IMG/VR virus record: IMGVR_UViG_3300049491_000083
Coordinates: 12,009 to 76,008 of that record
DNA: 64,000 nt
From: a virus
Direction: 5' to 3' (one strand)
Shown: positions 39,649 to 49,907 of the stretch, in pieces
How the letters are laid out: each line of letters starts with the position of its first letter
Numbering within the stretch: position 1 is the first letter of the stretch
Program-made: the position numbers and the translations under genes
The notes under the pieces: model-generated
Database searches by the model: none
What the model saw: only the letters and a program-made list of their open reading frames with translations
Told to the model about the DNA's origin: nothing

Positions 39649-40222
39649 TGAAGATCAACTTCTGATTCTCGGCTGCATACCACCCAATGCCAATGGCATC
39701 CGTAATATCGTTGTCCGTAAGGCTAAGTAAATACTTATTGTTAACGGAGTCGATAGTCATTTTTTTTCTTGTCTCTCGCTGCTTGGCCTTGTACCATGAT
39801 CGTGTGTGACCGGGGTACTCTGCAACTATAGCAGCCTTCTGCTTCGGTGTCAATAGTCCAGTGCCGATGTAGGTCTGCCACTGGATAGGTGCTACCGCCT
39901 TAATGATCGGAATGCCAGAAACCTGTGCCGCAGAGATGATTGCGCCTTGCACAAGTGACAATTGCATGGCTGTCTTTGGGCTATTACTGTATATCGTTCC
40001 TTCAATGACGATTGCGTCAGCCACAACTTCCCTAAAGAAAGGGAGGGACTTTTTGCAGGCATCCCCGGCCTTGTAGAATGCATCTGTACCGGTGAAGTTG
40101 ATCTTTCCATATCTAACCAGCCTTTCATCATCGAACACGGAGAACGCAAGGGAATTGGTGGAGGCATCAATACCGATGAATGACTTCGGCCTGCCAATGT
40201 CTGACAGTTTACTCAACATCAA
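39641..40222 (-). CDS. RuvC-like resolvase
   Basis: IGIDAST, VIE, DITDAIGIG motifs. Confidence 0.85.
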   Translation of the reverse strand: MMLSKLSDIGRPKSFIGIDASTNSLAFSVFDDERLVRYGKINFTGTDAFYKAGDACKKSLPFFREVVADAIVIEGTIYSNSPKTAMQLSLVQGAIISAAQVSGIPIIKAVAPIQWQTYIGTGLLTPKQKAAIVAEYPGHTRSWYKAKQRETRKKMTIDSVNNKYLLSLTDNDITDAIGIGWYAAENQKLIFNG

Positions 40223-40496
40223 AGTAGTCTTTCAAGTCCTTCATGAATGACTTCATCTTTTTCTTATGGATGATACAGTTGTCACACTTCCCGGTATCGT
40301 TGTAGATACTCAGGGCGGTGCCGCAGCCTCCTGCGCATAGCCTTACCTTGCCCACTCTTTTCTTGCGCTTCTCCAGATGGTATCGCTCAAGAATCTTACC
40401 CTTGCTTGCTAGTTGACGGCACTCTGCACCACAGTAGATCTGCTTGGACGACTTGCGTTCAAACTCATCATCACACCAGACGCAGAATGCCTTCAC

Positions 40497-41327
40497 CTAG
40501 AACTCTCCCTTTTCTTCCTTGCGCCGTTCGATCTTGACGACACCTTCCGGTGCAGCCTGACACGCCTGTTGCAGGGGGCAGTTGTTGCAGATCTTCACAG
40601 TGTTGCTACGGAAGGGAACCTCGGGGATCGTCTTGTCCTCCCAAGCCTTCCATACCCGGCGCATCCAGTCGAACAAGTAGTTGGTAAAGTCTACGTGCTT
40701 CTGATTGATGTTGACCGGGATTGCAAGCAACTCATGAGTATTCTTATTCTCATAGAGAAGGATACCATTCTTTTTCTTGTAGATCTTCATGTAGATCAGG
40801 AGTTGTAGAATCTGGTAGTTGCTTGCCGTCATGGTCCGCTTGTGCCTGTTGAATGCATCATCATTGCACGTCTTGATTTCTACAATGTACTCCTGACCCT
40901 TCCAGTTGATGAAACTATCGACATAGCCAAAGATTGGGGGATCGTCAAAGCGTGTCGCTCGCTCATTATCAATGAGAACCCCTGAGTCGGCAAGAGCCTT
41001 CTGGATTCTTGCGTGCCTGTCAGAGCCAGCATCCATGTTGGTAATGGCCTTGCCGGTCTTGTACTCATAGAAGGTGTTGCCCTCAAACGCGAGGTACCAA
41101 TACCGGGGGCAGATGCCATGATTCCATACCAGCGACGACGGTGCAAAGGACTTCTTCCTTGTGTCCCTTGGCAGGTTGTCTACCCGGTATCCCTCTTCAA
41201 TAGCCTCTACCAGTCCAGCCAGCGGACCATCGTCTACTGGCTGTGGCGGTGGGCCTGCGTTGTCCTGCTCGTACTGGTCTACGACAGCGAAAACGCTGCC
41301 CAATTTCTTAAGTGGGTTATCACCCAT
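40497..41327 (-). CDS. Cas4/RecB-like PD-(D/E)XK exonuclease
   Basis: CPR, GYVD, EIKT, QLLIY, CxxCPLxxxC motifs. Confidence 0.88.
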   Translation of the reverse strand: MGDNPLKKLGSVFAVVDQYEQDNAGPPPQPVDDGPLAGLVEAIEEGYRVDNLPRDTRKKSFAPSSLVWNHGICPRYWYLAFEGNTFYEYKTGKAITNMDAGSDRHARIQKALADSGVLIDNERATRFDDPPIFGYVDSFINWKGQEYIVEIKTCNDDAFNRHKRTMTASNYQILQLLIYMKIYKKKNGILLYENKNTHELLAIPVNINQKHVDFTNYLFDWMRRVWKAWEDKTIPEVPFRSNTVKICNNCPLQQACQAAPEGVVKIERRKEEKGEF

Positions 41328-41639
41328 AGTGACTCCTTGCCACGTATTTTAGAGCATCCGATAACTTATCCAATGCCTCTCGTGCTGAATAGTACACGTT
41401 CTTTTTGGCTGTGTTGCCTTTCTTGACGTTGGCATAGTAAGCAGCCATCATCGCGCACTTTGCACTGTATACCTGCAACTGCACAATCAACTTAGCAGCA
41501 GCGGCAGGCGGAATGTCAGGCTTTGCTATCATCTTTGCCACCATGACAAGTGCCTGAGTAAACTCTTCGTCATCCATGAACTCCGCAAGTTCGGTGAACT
41601 CGCTTACCTTGTTCAGGTAGTCGATGGTTGTCTCATCCA

Positions 41640-41960
41640 TTACTCTAACCCTTCATACATCGCACGATACTCTCGTAGTTCTTCAAACTCGTCCCAACTA
41701 ATTATAGCAAGTCTTGTCTTTGCGTGCTTTCCCAGCACGATGCAGAGGACTGGTTCCTTGCTATTGTCAACCTTGATGGTATCCATACAGATCTTGGCCC
41801 ACACATCGCGGGATACAGAGAAACTGTTCTCGTATTCCTTCACGTCAACGACATAGTGATCCATGCTGCCGTCACCCTTGACCATGCCCCGACCAGAGTT
41901 CTTGTGAGCCTTGGCACCGATGCGCTTCAGTTCATTGAGTTCAGTCTGTTTCGTTGCCAC
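41640..41960 (-). CDS. PD-(D/E)XK Holliday-junction-resolvase-like protein
   Basis: NSGRG..KGDG...DVKE. Confidence 0.75.
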   Translation of the reverse strand: MATKQTELNELKRIGAKAHKNSGRGMVKGDGSMDHYVVDVKEYENSFSVSRDVWAKICMDTIKVDNSKEPVLCIVLGKHAKTRLAIISWDEFEELREYRAMYEGLE

Positions 41961-42405
41961 GCCTGTCCTTCAGTTTGATGATCGACGTGAGTTCGCTATA
42001 CTTGAATGCGACCATTTCCTCGTCGTACCCAACGACATTGACGGCAATGATACAGTCGTCAAAGTCAAGCGGGAACTTCTCCCAGAGCATCTTGATATGG
42101 TCGGAGAACTCCTCGAATGTATTATCGATGTACCAGTACCCGCCGTCGCGCAACTTGATGATAGTCTTGGACGGCGGCTCGTACCTGCCGACCATGGCGA
42201 CTGAATCCATTGGCTGGCAATCCTTCGGCATTTCCTTGGTCTTTCTCTTGAACATCAGTATCCTCTTTCCTTGTTTATACTTACATGAGATACATGACCG
42301 CATGGACACTTCCATGTAAGGTCAAGGCTTGCCGGGTAGAAGCGTGAACTCATTACATCAGAGTCACACGACTGGCAGGCGAATGTTCCCCTGATCACAT
42401 CGTAC

Positions 42406-43407
42406 TTACCGGCAAAGGTCTGCAAGGCTCTTCAACTCCTCATGATTGTTGCGTAGGTACTCCACGGCCTTAGGACGGCCATTGAAGCGCTCTCCGTTTG
42501 GCATGGTGAACCATGCCCCACCCTTGGCTATTAAGCCCTTGGCGACCCCTACATCGAACACCTCGGCAGGGTAATCGATACCCACGAAGTCACCATCGAA
42601 GTAAAAGTCATACTGTCCATTGATGAATGCAGGACCGGTCTTGTTGAAGTCGATAGTCCATGTAACCTCACGACCAATGTCCTTCTCAAGGATCTTGTCA
42701 CCGACCTCAAACTTGGCACTGATAGCCTTCTTCTCAGATTCGCTTGACCACAACTTGATGATGGTGCTGCTAAAGAACTGGACAGCCTTCCCACCGGTAG
42801 GAATATGGCTGACGAACATGGAGCCAAGGCTGTTACGCTGCTGGCTGATGAAAATGAGCAGGGTATTCTCATTGGCATAGTTGAGCATCTTGACAGCGTT
42901 TGTCATATCGCGTGCCTCAGCACCGATCTGCTTGGTGTTCTCCAACTGCTTAAGGTCATCGCTGTCCTTCTCAAAGTAGATAGCAGGAAGCAGGGCACTG
43001 ATGGAGTCAACGACTACAATGTCTACCCCGGCCTTCATGAACTGCACACCATCATCGACCATTTCATTGATCGTCTTGGATGCTACATAGATAAGCCTAT
43101 CCGTGTCAACTCCAAGGCGTGCGGCCCACTCAGGATCAAACGATGCTTCCGCATCAATCCATGCACAGACCTTGCCGTCCTGCTGAGCCTCTGCTACCAA
43201 CTGCTGACAGAAACTAGACTTGCCGCTTGACTTGTTACCCCAGATCAAGACCTGACGACCATAGCCAAGGCCACCCCTGAGTGCTGAGTTAAGCCCCACG
43301 CTGGGGACAGGTTGCTTGGTGACAACCACGTCAGAGCCATGCTGGACTCGCTTGCGCAACTTGGGATCAAGTTGGGCGAAGATCTCTTCAATGTCTATTT
43401 CGCTCAT
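42406..43407 (-). CDS. recA: RecA recombinase
   Basis: GNKSSGKS, WIDAE, VVDSISAL, PTGGKA motifs. Confidence 0.95.
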   Translation of the reverse strand: MSEIDIEEIFAQLDPKLRKRVQHGSDVVVTKQPVPSVGLNSALRGGLGYGRQVLIWGNKSSGKSSFCQQLVAEAQQDGKVCAWIDAEASFDPEWAARLGVDTDRLIYVASKTINEMVDDGVQFMKAGVDIVVVDSISALLPAIYFEKDSDDLKQLENTKQIGAEARDMTNAVKMLNYANENTLLIFISQQRNSLGSMFVSHIPTGGKAVQFFSSTIIKLWSSESEKKAISAKFEVGDKILEKDIGREVTWTIDFNKTGPAFINGQYDFYFDGDFVGIDYPAEVFDVGVAKGLIAKGGAWFTMPNGERFNGRPKAVEYLRNNHEELKSLADLCR

Positions 43408-43735
43408 GCTGGCACCAACGCTCCGTCGAATGTAATACTATCGAATACCACGAATTTTCCGTTCTGAAGTTTAGCAATGTAAGTTACGAACGTTGCCTCC
43501 TGCTCGTCCTTGTAGAAGTCAAGCCTGTTATTGGCTCCACGCTCACCGAAGTCTGGATCGTATGTAAAGAGGTACATAGTTACCTCAGTCCTATTACCCT
43601 TGACAACTTCTTCTATGTACGAGGCCTTGCACCACTTGCCAACCTCCCTGAAGTTGAAACCATTAAGGATTCTTATTTCAACAATCGGGCTGACAAGCAT
43701 GAAACTTGTAGGCTCCTTGGTGTACTTGGTCATGC

Positions 43736-44071
43736 TCATGCCAATACTCCATGCATCGGGTCGCGTGTCTTGTTGTACTCTGTCTTACGAACGAGCATCT
43801 GGCTGATGGATTCTTTTGTGTACCCGCGTTGGCTCATACCAGCCCACAGGTCAAGCACCCGAATGATGATATCCGCGAACTCTTCCACAACCTTGTCGTC
43901 GCCATGCTCCTTGCGGATAGACTCCAAGGCTTCCGATGCCTCGCTGTGGATCATGGCAATCTGCTTGAGATAGAAGATAGTATCATTCCCATCATAACAA
44001 GCGTCCCAAAAGCCCTTGTCTACTGCGTTGCTATGAATGGCAAACGCAAGTTCATCCAAATCTGTGTTCAC
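43736..44071 (-). CDS. MazG-like NTP pyrophosphohydrolase
   Basis: HSEASEALE, EEFADIIIR motifs. Confidence 0.88.
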   Translation of the reverse strand: MNTDLDELAFAIHSNAVDKGFWDACYDGNDTIFYLKQIAMIHSEASEALESIRKEHGDDKVVEEFADIIIRVLDLWAGMSQRGYTKESISQMLVRKTEYNKTRDPMHGVLA

Positions 44072-47000
44072 TGTGACTCCCTTTTCAATATAGATTGCAA
44101 TGCTATTGTCCCATCCTTCAGTTCATTTGTCAACAACTTGACGACCTTACCCGGCTCGCACTTCATGTAGCCCTGAGAGAACATGGACGGGAACACGACT
44201 ACTGGAATGATGTTCTTATTCCAGTCTGCGAGAACCATGTGTGCCATTTTCTTCCCGGCCTTTGTGTTGCGTGCCCGGAAGGACAGCACGAGGTACTCGT
44301 CCTTGCCGTATGGCGGTGTGTCATAGTTGAGGAAGGTCACGATGGGATGGTTCTTGTGACTCTCCAATTCCTCTACGTTTATGTAGGATGCGATCCTGTT
44401 ATTACCCGCGAGGATGATGTAGGTCTTACCCTGTTCAATCTTTGAGTCTGCCTCATCGAAGATGCCGACGACACCAGTCTTGTCCAAGAACTCAATCCTG
44501 CACCAGCCCTTGCCTCTCTTAATCTTCTTTGAGATTCCCATGAGGATATGAGCCTTGGCCTCGTCGTAGTCCTCATTCTCATCAATCTGAGAATAGAAGT
44601 TGGCAGGCAGGGTGAAGTTGAACTCAGGAAGGTTGAGAACATCGTAGAGATTCTTGCGAACCTCCGTATCATTCCTAGGGTTATCTGGCAGTGCAAGGGC
44701 ACCAATGGAATTGAGGGCTGTTACTGCTCTGCTATTGATACCGCTTTTCTTCTCCAAGGACTTTTCCTTGAAGTCTGCATACGAAGCCCACGGACGATCC
44801 TTGATGATCCGCTGAGCCACGGCAGGAGAGACATACTTCGCTGCTGACAGGCCGAACCTGATCGACTTGTCCTCAATCTCAAAGTCGATACCAGACGTAT
44901 TGACGTGAGGAAGTTTCAGACTAATGCCCATGCGCTTGCACTCAATCAGATATTCTGTGCGCTTGTCCTTATCAGACTCAGACTTGAGAGTGGCGAACAT
45001 GAACTCAAGCGGGTAGTAGAACTTGAGCCAAGCCGTCCAGTAACTAATGATGGAGTAGGCTACCGCGTGAGACTTGTTGAATGAATACTCAGCGTGTGCT
45101 TCGAAGTCATGCCACAGGGACTCGGCAATGAAGGGGCTGACGTATGCCGATGCGTTCTGGACGAACTTCGCCTTGAACTCATCGAACTCCATCACGTCCT
45201 TTTTCTTACCAATGATCTTACGAACCTTGTTGGCCTCGGACATTGACATACCGCCAAGCGTGGTGCAGGCAAGCATAACCTGCTCCTGATAGAGGATCAT
45301 GCCGTAGGTATCCTTGAGATGCTCAGTCATGACAGGATGGATGTAGTCAACGATAGACTTACCATGCTTGCGATTCATGTACTCTGCACCGATGGTATTC
45401 ATTGCTCCCGGTCGCACAAGGGCGTTGGAGGCTACCAGTTCATCGAAGTTGCGCACGCCCATCTTGACAATGAGCCGGGTATACGGAGTCGCCTCACACT
45501 GGAACACGCCCTTGGTATTGCCAGACGATAGCATCTGATAGATCCTAGGATCATCCAGCGACAGTTCGTGCAAGTCAATGTCAATGTCGTGGCGAGCCTT
45601 GATACTCTTTATCGTATCATCGATAACCGTCAGGGTGTTGAGGCCCAGCGCATCGATCTTGACGAAGCCAATGTCTGCTACCTCGTTCATATCAATAGCG
45701 ACTACGGGAATACGCTGCTTGACACCGTTGATTTCCTTGTCGCGTGTCTCCATTGGGGCATACTTGAAGATGGGTTCCTTGGACGTGATCACGCCTGCTG
45801 CGTGGACACCCGTGCTACGGATGCGACCAAGCAACTGATTGCCGTAGAACTCAACCTCCGGGTACATATCCCTGAACCACTTGGCATTGGGGAACTTGCA
45901 GTAGTCGCTCCACGTATCAATCTGCTTAGATACCCGGTTGGCATCTGCCAGAGGAATGTTCAGGACGCGAGAGATATCCTTGACGATACCCTTGCCATTG
46001 AACTTGGTGAACGTGGCAATGCTGCTGACGTTCTTGTACTCATCTTCAAGATCCTGCTTGACCTCTTCACGACGATTATCCTGAAAGTCAGTGTCAATGT
46101 CGGGGAAGTCGTCACGCTCAATGTCAATGAAGCGGAAGAACAGCAGACCGTACTTGATAGGATCAACGTCTGTGATGCCCAAGGCATAGCAGATGAGCGA
46201 CCCTGCCGACGAGCCACGACCGGGACCAACACGAATACCCTTAGCCTTGGCCTTGGAGATAGTGTTGTACATGATGAGAAAGTATGCTGCGAAGTTCTTA
46301 ACCTTAACAATGTCAAGTTCCTCCATGAGCCTGTCTACATACTCAGGATTATCGAAGAGGCCACGGGCCTTAAGCCCATCGATAGCCAGACGGCGAAGAG
46401 TGTCCTGAGGGTGCTTGGCCTTGGAGGGCAGGAGGTTAAGGTTTGACTTAAGATTGTAGTCCTCTACCTTGTCGGCAATCTCCAGAGTGTTTGTATAGAT
46501 AGAGTCATCGAAGTTGCCGTGCGTGTTCATGGCGGTAGACATTTCATCATAGTCCAGCATATGAATGTCCAACTTGGTAAAGGACAACTTACGATCCGGG
46601 TACAGATAGTCCAGTCTCTCAAGCATGTTCTTGTATGACTTTGACTTCTCGTAGGTCGCATCCTTGTTCTTCTCAGGATGAGTATTCAGCAGGAGCATGA
46701 ACTCCTGCATCTCCTTCTGTTCCTTTACACAGTGATGACAGTCAGGAGTAACAATGCACTTGAGACTCATGGCATTGGCAATGTCGTAGAGTTCCTGATT
46801 CATACCCGGCGTGTTGTGGGGCATCAGTTCGACATAGAAGTCATCGCCAAAGCGGTCGCTGAACCACGCCAGATGATTCTTGGCCTGAGCGTACTCGCCC
46901 TGCTCAATAGCCTGATTGATCAGTCCACCCATGCAGGCGGTACTCACAATGAGGTCATCGCCGTACTTGTCCAGAATGTCGAAGTCCATGCGAGGCTTGT

Positions 47001-47358
47001 TGTAGAAGCCCTCTGTCCATGCAACCTCGTTCAACTTGTTAAGGTTCTCTAGCCCCTTCGCATTCTTGGCGAGGACGATAAGGTGATTGAAGATAACGTC
47101 CAGAGGATCTGTCCGCAGTTTCTTCTCACGCTTGTCAAATCTATCCTTGGCTAGGTATGCCTCTATGCCAAGGATGGGCTTGATGCCTTGTTCCTTGGCT
47201 GCTCTGTACATGGGACGATGACCGGATAGGCCACCGTGATCGGTGACGGCGATTGCAGGCATCTCAAGAGCCTTAGCCCGAAATGCATACTCTTCTGGAG
47301 TGGCAACGCCGTCCATGAGACTGAAATGGGTATGGACGTGAAGGGGTACGTAATTCAT
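44068..47358 (-). CDS. dnaE: DNA polymerase III alpha subunit
   Basis: PHP motif HVHTHFS, GRGSSAGS, PDIDTD, HAAGV, FNKSHA. Confidence 0.97.
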   Translation of the reverse strand: MNYVPLHVHTHFSLMDGVATPEEYAFRAKALEMPAIAVTDHGGLSGHRPMYRAAKEQGIKPILGIEAYLAKDRFDKREKKLRTDPLDVIFNHLIVLAKNAKGLENLNKLNEVAWTEGFYNKPRMDFDILDKYGDDLIVSTACMGGLINQAIEQGEYAQAKNHLAWFSDRFGDDFYVELMPHNTPGMNQELYDIANAMSLKCIVTPDCHHCVKEQKEMQEFMLLLNTHPEKNKDATYEKSKSYKNMLERLDYLYPDRKLSFTKLDIHMLDYDEMSTAMNTHGNFDDSIYTNTLEIADKVEDYNLKSNLNLLPSKAKHPQDTLRRLAIDGLKARGLFDNPEYVDRLMEELDIVKVKNFAAYFLIMYNTISKAKAKGIRVGPGRGSSAGSLICYALGITDVDPIKYGLLFFRFIDIERDDFPDIDTDFQDNRREEVKQDLEDEYKNVSSIATFTKFNGKGIVKDISRVLNIPLADANRVSKQIDTWSDYCKFPNAKWFRDMYPEVEFYGNQLLGRIRSTGVHAAGVITSKEPIFKYAPMETRDKEINGVKQRIPVVAIDMNEVADIGFVKIDALGLNTLTVIDDTIKSIKARHDIDIDLHELSLDDPRIYQMLSSGNTKGVFQCEATPYTRLIVKMGVRNFDELVASNALVRPGAMNTIGAEYMNRKHGKSIVDYIHPVMTEHLKDTYGMILYQEQVMLACTTLGGMSMSEANKVRKIIGKKKDVMEFDEFKAKFVQNASAYVSPFIAESLWHDFEAHAEYSFNKSHAVAYSIISYWTAWLKFYYPLEFMFATLKSESDKDKRTEYLIECKRMGISLKLPHVNTSGIDFEIEDKSIRFGLSAAKYVSPAVAQRIIKDRPWASYADFKEKSLEKKSGINSRAVTALNSIGALALPDNPRNDTEVRKNLYDVLNLPEFNFTLPANFYSQIDENEDYDEAKAHILMGISKKIKRGKGWCRIEFLDKTGVVGIFDEADSKIEQGKTYIILAGNNRIASYINVEELESHKNHPIVTFLNYDTPPYGKDEYLVLSFRARNTKAGKKMAHMVLADWNKNIIPVVVFPSMFSQGYMKCEPGKVVKLLTNELKDGTIALQSILKRESQ

Positions 47359-47417
47359 AATTGTCTCCTAGGTGAGGGGCAGGGCCGGATTGCGACCCCA
47401 CCCCCCACGCCTAGAGT

Positions 47418-48080
47418 CTACCACTCGCCAGAGTCAGTCGATGCAATATCGGCTGCCGTGCCTGTGTTGTTGCCAGTGTAGTAGGCTTCCTGCTGGTCGT
47501 AAGGAACCTTGTTAATCGCAAGGTCCAGATCGAACAGGGTGTAGGGAGACCAGTCGAATGGCTCCGTATCTGTTGGTCCGGGGAGCAAAGAGTAAGTAGT
47601 CTCTGTTGACTCGCCGCTGCGCTTGACCTTCCAAACATTCTGGGTCAGCGTTCCGTACTCTTCCGCATAGTCGCGGATCGTGCTGAAGGTGTTGGACTTG
47701 AAAGTGCCCATTCCCCATACAGCAATGTGGGGGTCCTTACCATCATCGATGAGGACGTTGGTGTAGAACCTCAACTTGGAACCCCACTTGGCCTTGAAGT
47801 CTCGCTTGTGCAGTTCGCAGGCGAAGCACTTGCCCTCATCATCCATGGTGCATTCCGCACGAATGGAGAAGTTGTTTGGACCCGGCTTTACATGCTCCTT
47901 GACAAGGAGGACGAGACCCCGCTCGGGGTCGTATCCCGATGACTCATCGGTTGTCTCATTGGCAAACCGTACCTTGACGGCCTTACCATCTTCGAACTTT
48001 ACCCAGCGGACGTTGCCACCAGATCCTTCTGACTTGCGCTCTTGCAACTCATTGAGTTGCCCTAATCCCTTATATGACAT
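47418..48080 (-). CDS. phage gp32-like ssDNA-binding protein
   Basis: H..C..CxxC zinc site, KRSG...TTY, acidic tail ending in W; lies between primase and DnaE. Confidence 0.75.
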   Translation of the reverse strand: MSYKGLGQLNELQERKSEGSGGNVRWVKFEDGKAVKVRFANETTDESSGYDPERGLVLLVKEHVKPGPNNFSIRAECTMDDEGKCFACELHKRDFKAKWGSKLRFYTNVLIDDGKDPHIAVWGMGTFKSNTFSTIRDYAEEYGTLTQNVWKVKRSGESTETTYSLLPGPTDTEPFDWSPYTLFDLDLAINKVPYDQQEAYYTGNNTGTAADIASTDSGEW

Positions 48081-48083
48081 CTT

Positions 48084-49055
48084 TTATCTCTTTTCTTTAT
48101 CAGTAATTTGTAATATGTAATCTAGTTCGTTATCAAATTGTGCTAGAAAGGATTCCAACTGCACGTCGTCCATATCGCCTATGTCCTTCATGCCTGCTGG
48201 TGGCTTTGCCGCAATCACTGTTGAACCTAGGTACTGCTTCAACTTTGTTCGCATTGCCAGACCAGCGTCGTCGTCGTCCTGTACTAATATTATACTATTG
48301 AAATACCTTTTTAGCAAGTCGATCTGAGCAGAACTTACGGAAGCCCCCAAGGTTGCTGCCGCATGGCGACCAGTCTGTTCAATCCGCATGGCATCGAAGG
48401 ATGCCTCAACAACGAATATCTTATCGTATCGCTTGATACGATGGAGATTGAACATCGTCCGACTACGAGGTAGCCCTGTGCTGTTCTTGAACTCCTTGCC
48501 GACGATTGATCTGCCGACAAAGCCCACGCACATTCCATCAGGAGAGTGCACGGGGATGGTAACCATTCCCTGCTTTTCACTATACCCAAGCAAGTATCTG
48601 TCTATGGATGCGTCGGTAATGCCACGCTTATGTAGATAATCCTTGCCCTTACCCGGCTGCTTAGCCGCATCGTTCAGCCGATAGATAACATCCATATCGT
48701 ACTGTTCGAATTCTTTCTTCGCATTGAGGATCTTTTGAACCTCATCAACGATGCTTTGATCACTGCCCTTGGCTTCGATCAGCCGTAGTGCCTCAAAGAA
48801 ATTCCTGTCTGACGTGAACATTACCAGTCCCGGCAGACTCTCCGAGTGCTGGCACCCGAAGCAATAGAACTGTCCTGTCTCTTTCGCTACCTCGCCAGCC
48901 GGGGTACGGAAGTTGCTGTGCCAAGGGCAGAAGATAAGATAGTCAGTATCGACTTCGCCCTCAATGCTTATCCCACAGGAGATAAGGACTTTTCGGACCT
49001 GACCCTCTGAGTAGGTTTCGAAATCATTCTGTTTTTGTCTACTCCCTCTAGACAC
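48084..49055 (-). CDS. dnaG: DNA primase
   Basis: CPWH...CFGC zinc finger, TOPRIM VVE, DDDDAG, KD motifs. Confidence 0.93.
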   Translation of the reverse strand: MSRGSRQKQNDFETYSEGQVRKVLISCGISIEGEVDTDYLIFCPWHSNFRTPAGEVAKETGQFYCFGCQHSESLPGLVMFTSDRNFFEALRLIEAKGSDQSIVDEVQKILNAKKEFEQYDMDVIYRLNDAAKQPGKGKDYLHKRGITDASIDRYLLGYSEKQGMVTIPVHSPDGMCVGFVGRSIVGKEFKNSTGLPRSRTMFNLHRIKRYDKIFVVEASFDAMRIEQTGRHAAATLGASVSSAQIDLLKRYFNSIILVQDDDDAGLAMRTKLKQYLGSTVIAAKPPAGMKDIGDMDDVQLESFLAQFDNELDYILQITDKEKR

Positions 49056-49313
49056 TGGGCCTGCCTCTTTCCAACATAGACACCGTACACGGATAAGCGA
49101 AAGTCGAACGAACTACCATTGTACAGGACTGTGAAGTCCGGGTCAATATCGTAACGTCGTGCGTATCCATCTTTTTCCATGAGACTTCCGAGGACAGCAA
49201 TGTGCTGATCCTTGAGCCTAGGAATATGGGCTTCATCGCCTATACTTCCTTCCAGATAGAAGCGCTTGATGTTCTTGTGGACAGGTACCATGTATCCATT
49301 ATACTATCTTTCC

Positions 49314-49706
49314 CTATCCCATGTTGCAGCGGGATACACTCGCAAGATCAATACTCGTGATGGAGTTACCGGTCACGTCATCGTTCATGATGCTTGTCTC
49401 ATCAGGGTTGTGCTGCGCTCCTAGGGAGTGCCCAATCTCATGAGTGATGATCTTTCTTAGCATCCTACCCGGTTTTAGATCTTGGTTCAGATAAATCCAG
49501 TCACCTTGTCGTGCGCCTTGCGTATACTGACCGAATTTTTCTTCGGTATCTGTCATGACGATATGAAACGTACCGTTATCAGTTTCAATGAAGTCCCTAC
49601 CGGTGACATTCTCCCACATCTGTACCGCTGCATACAGGGGCTTTCGCCAAGGCTCAGGCCATGATGGATCGACCGTGTACAGGTACGGCAAGCATAGGTC
49701 TATCAT
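49314..49706 (-). CDS. matrixin-like zinc metalloprotease
   Basis: HEIGHSLGAQH plus Met-turn SIM. Confidence 0.85.
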   Translation of the reverse strand: MIDLCLPYLYTVDPSWPEPWRKPLYAAVQMWENVTGRDFIETDNGTFHIVMTDTEEKFGQYTQGARQGDWIYLNQDLKPGRMLRKIITHEIGHSLGAQHNPDETSIMNDDVTGNSITSIDLASVSRCNMG

Positions 49707-49907
49707 CTTCGCCTCCTAGTTCTGCTACTGCTGGTCGATTCCAACGCTTGTGCTGCTGGTACTTGCCAGTGGCATACTCTCCGGTAAATCCGAATCCTGA
49801 CGACGTGTGGAGCCTCACAGAGCCAGTATGGTGCATCCTAGCGTGAATCTCCCAGCCCTTGGGACCACCTATGCCATGCGTAGGGCAGAGTTTGCATACC
49901 CACCTAC

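Noticed and set aside
40497-41327. Cas4-like gene as evidence of CRISPR-Cas
   Set aside because: No repeat-spacer array or other cas genes; it sits among recombination genes
36691-47358. Inteins or introns in TerL, RecA or DnaE
   Set aside because: Lengths are normal, ORFs are continuous and no splicing motifs are seen
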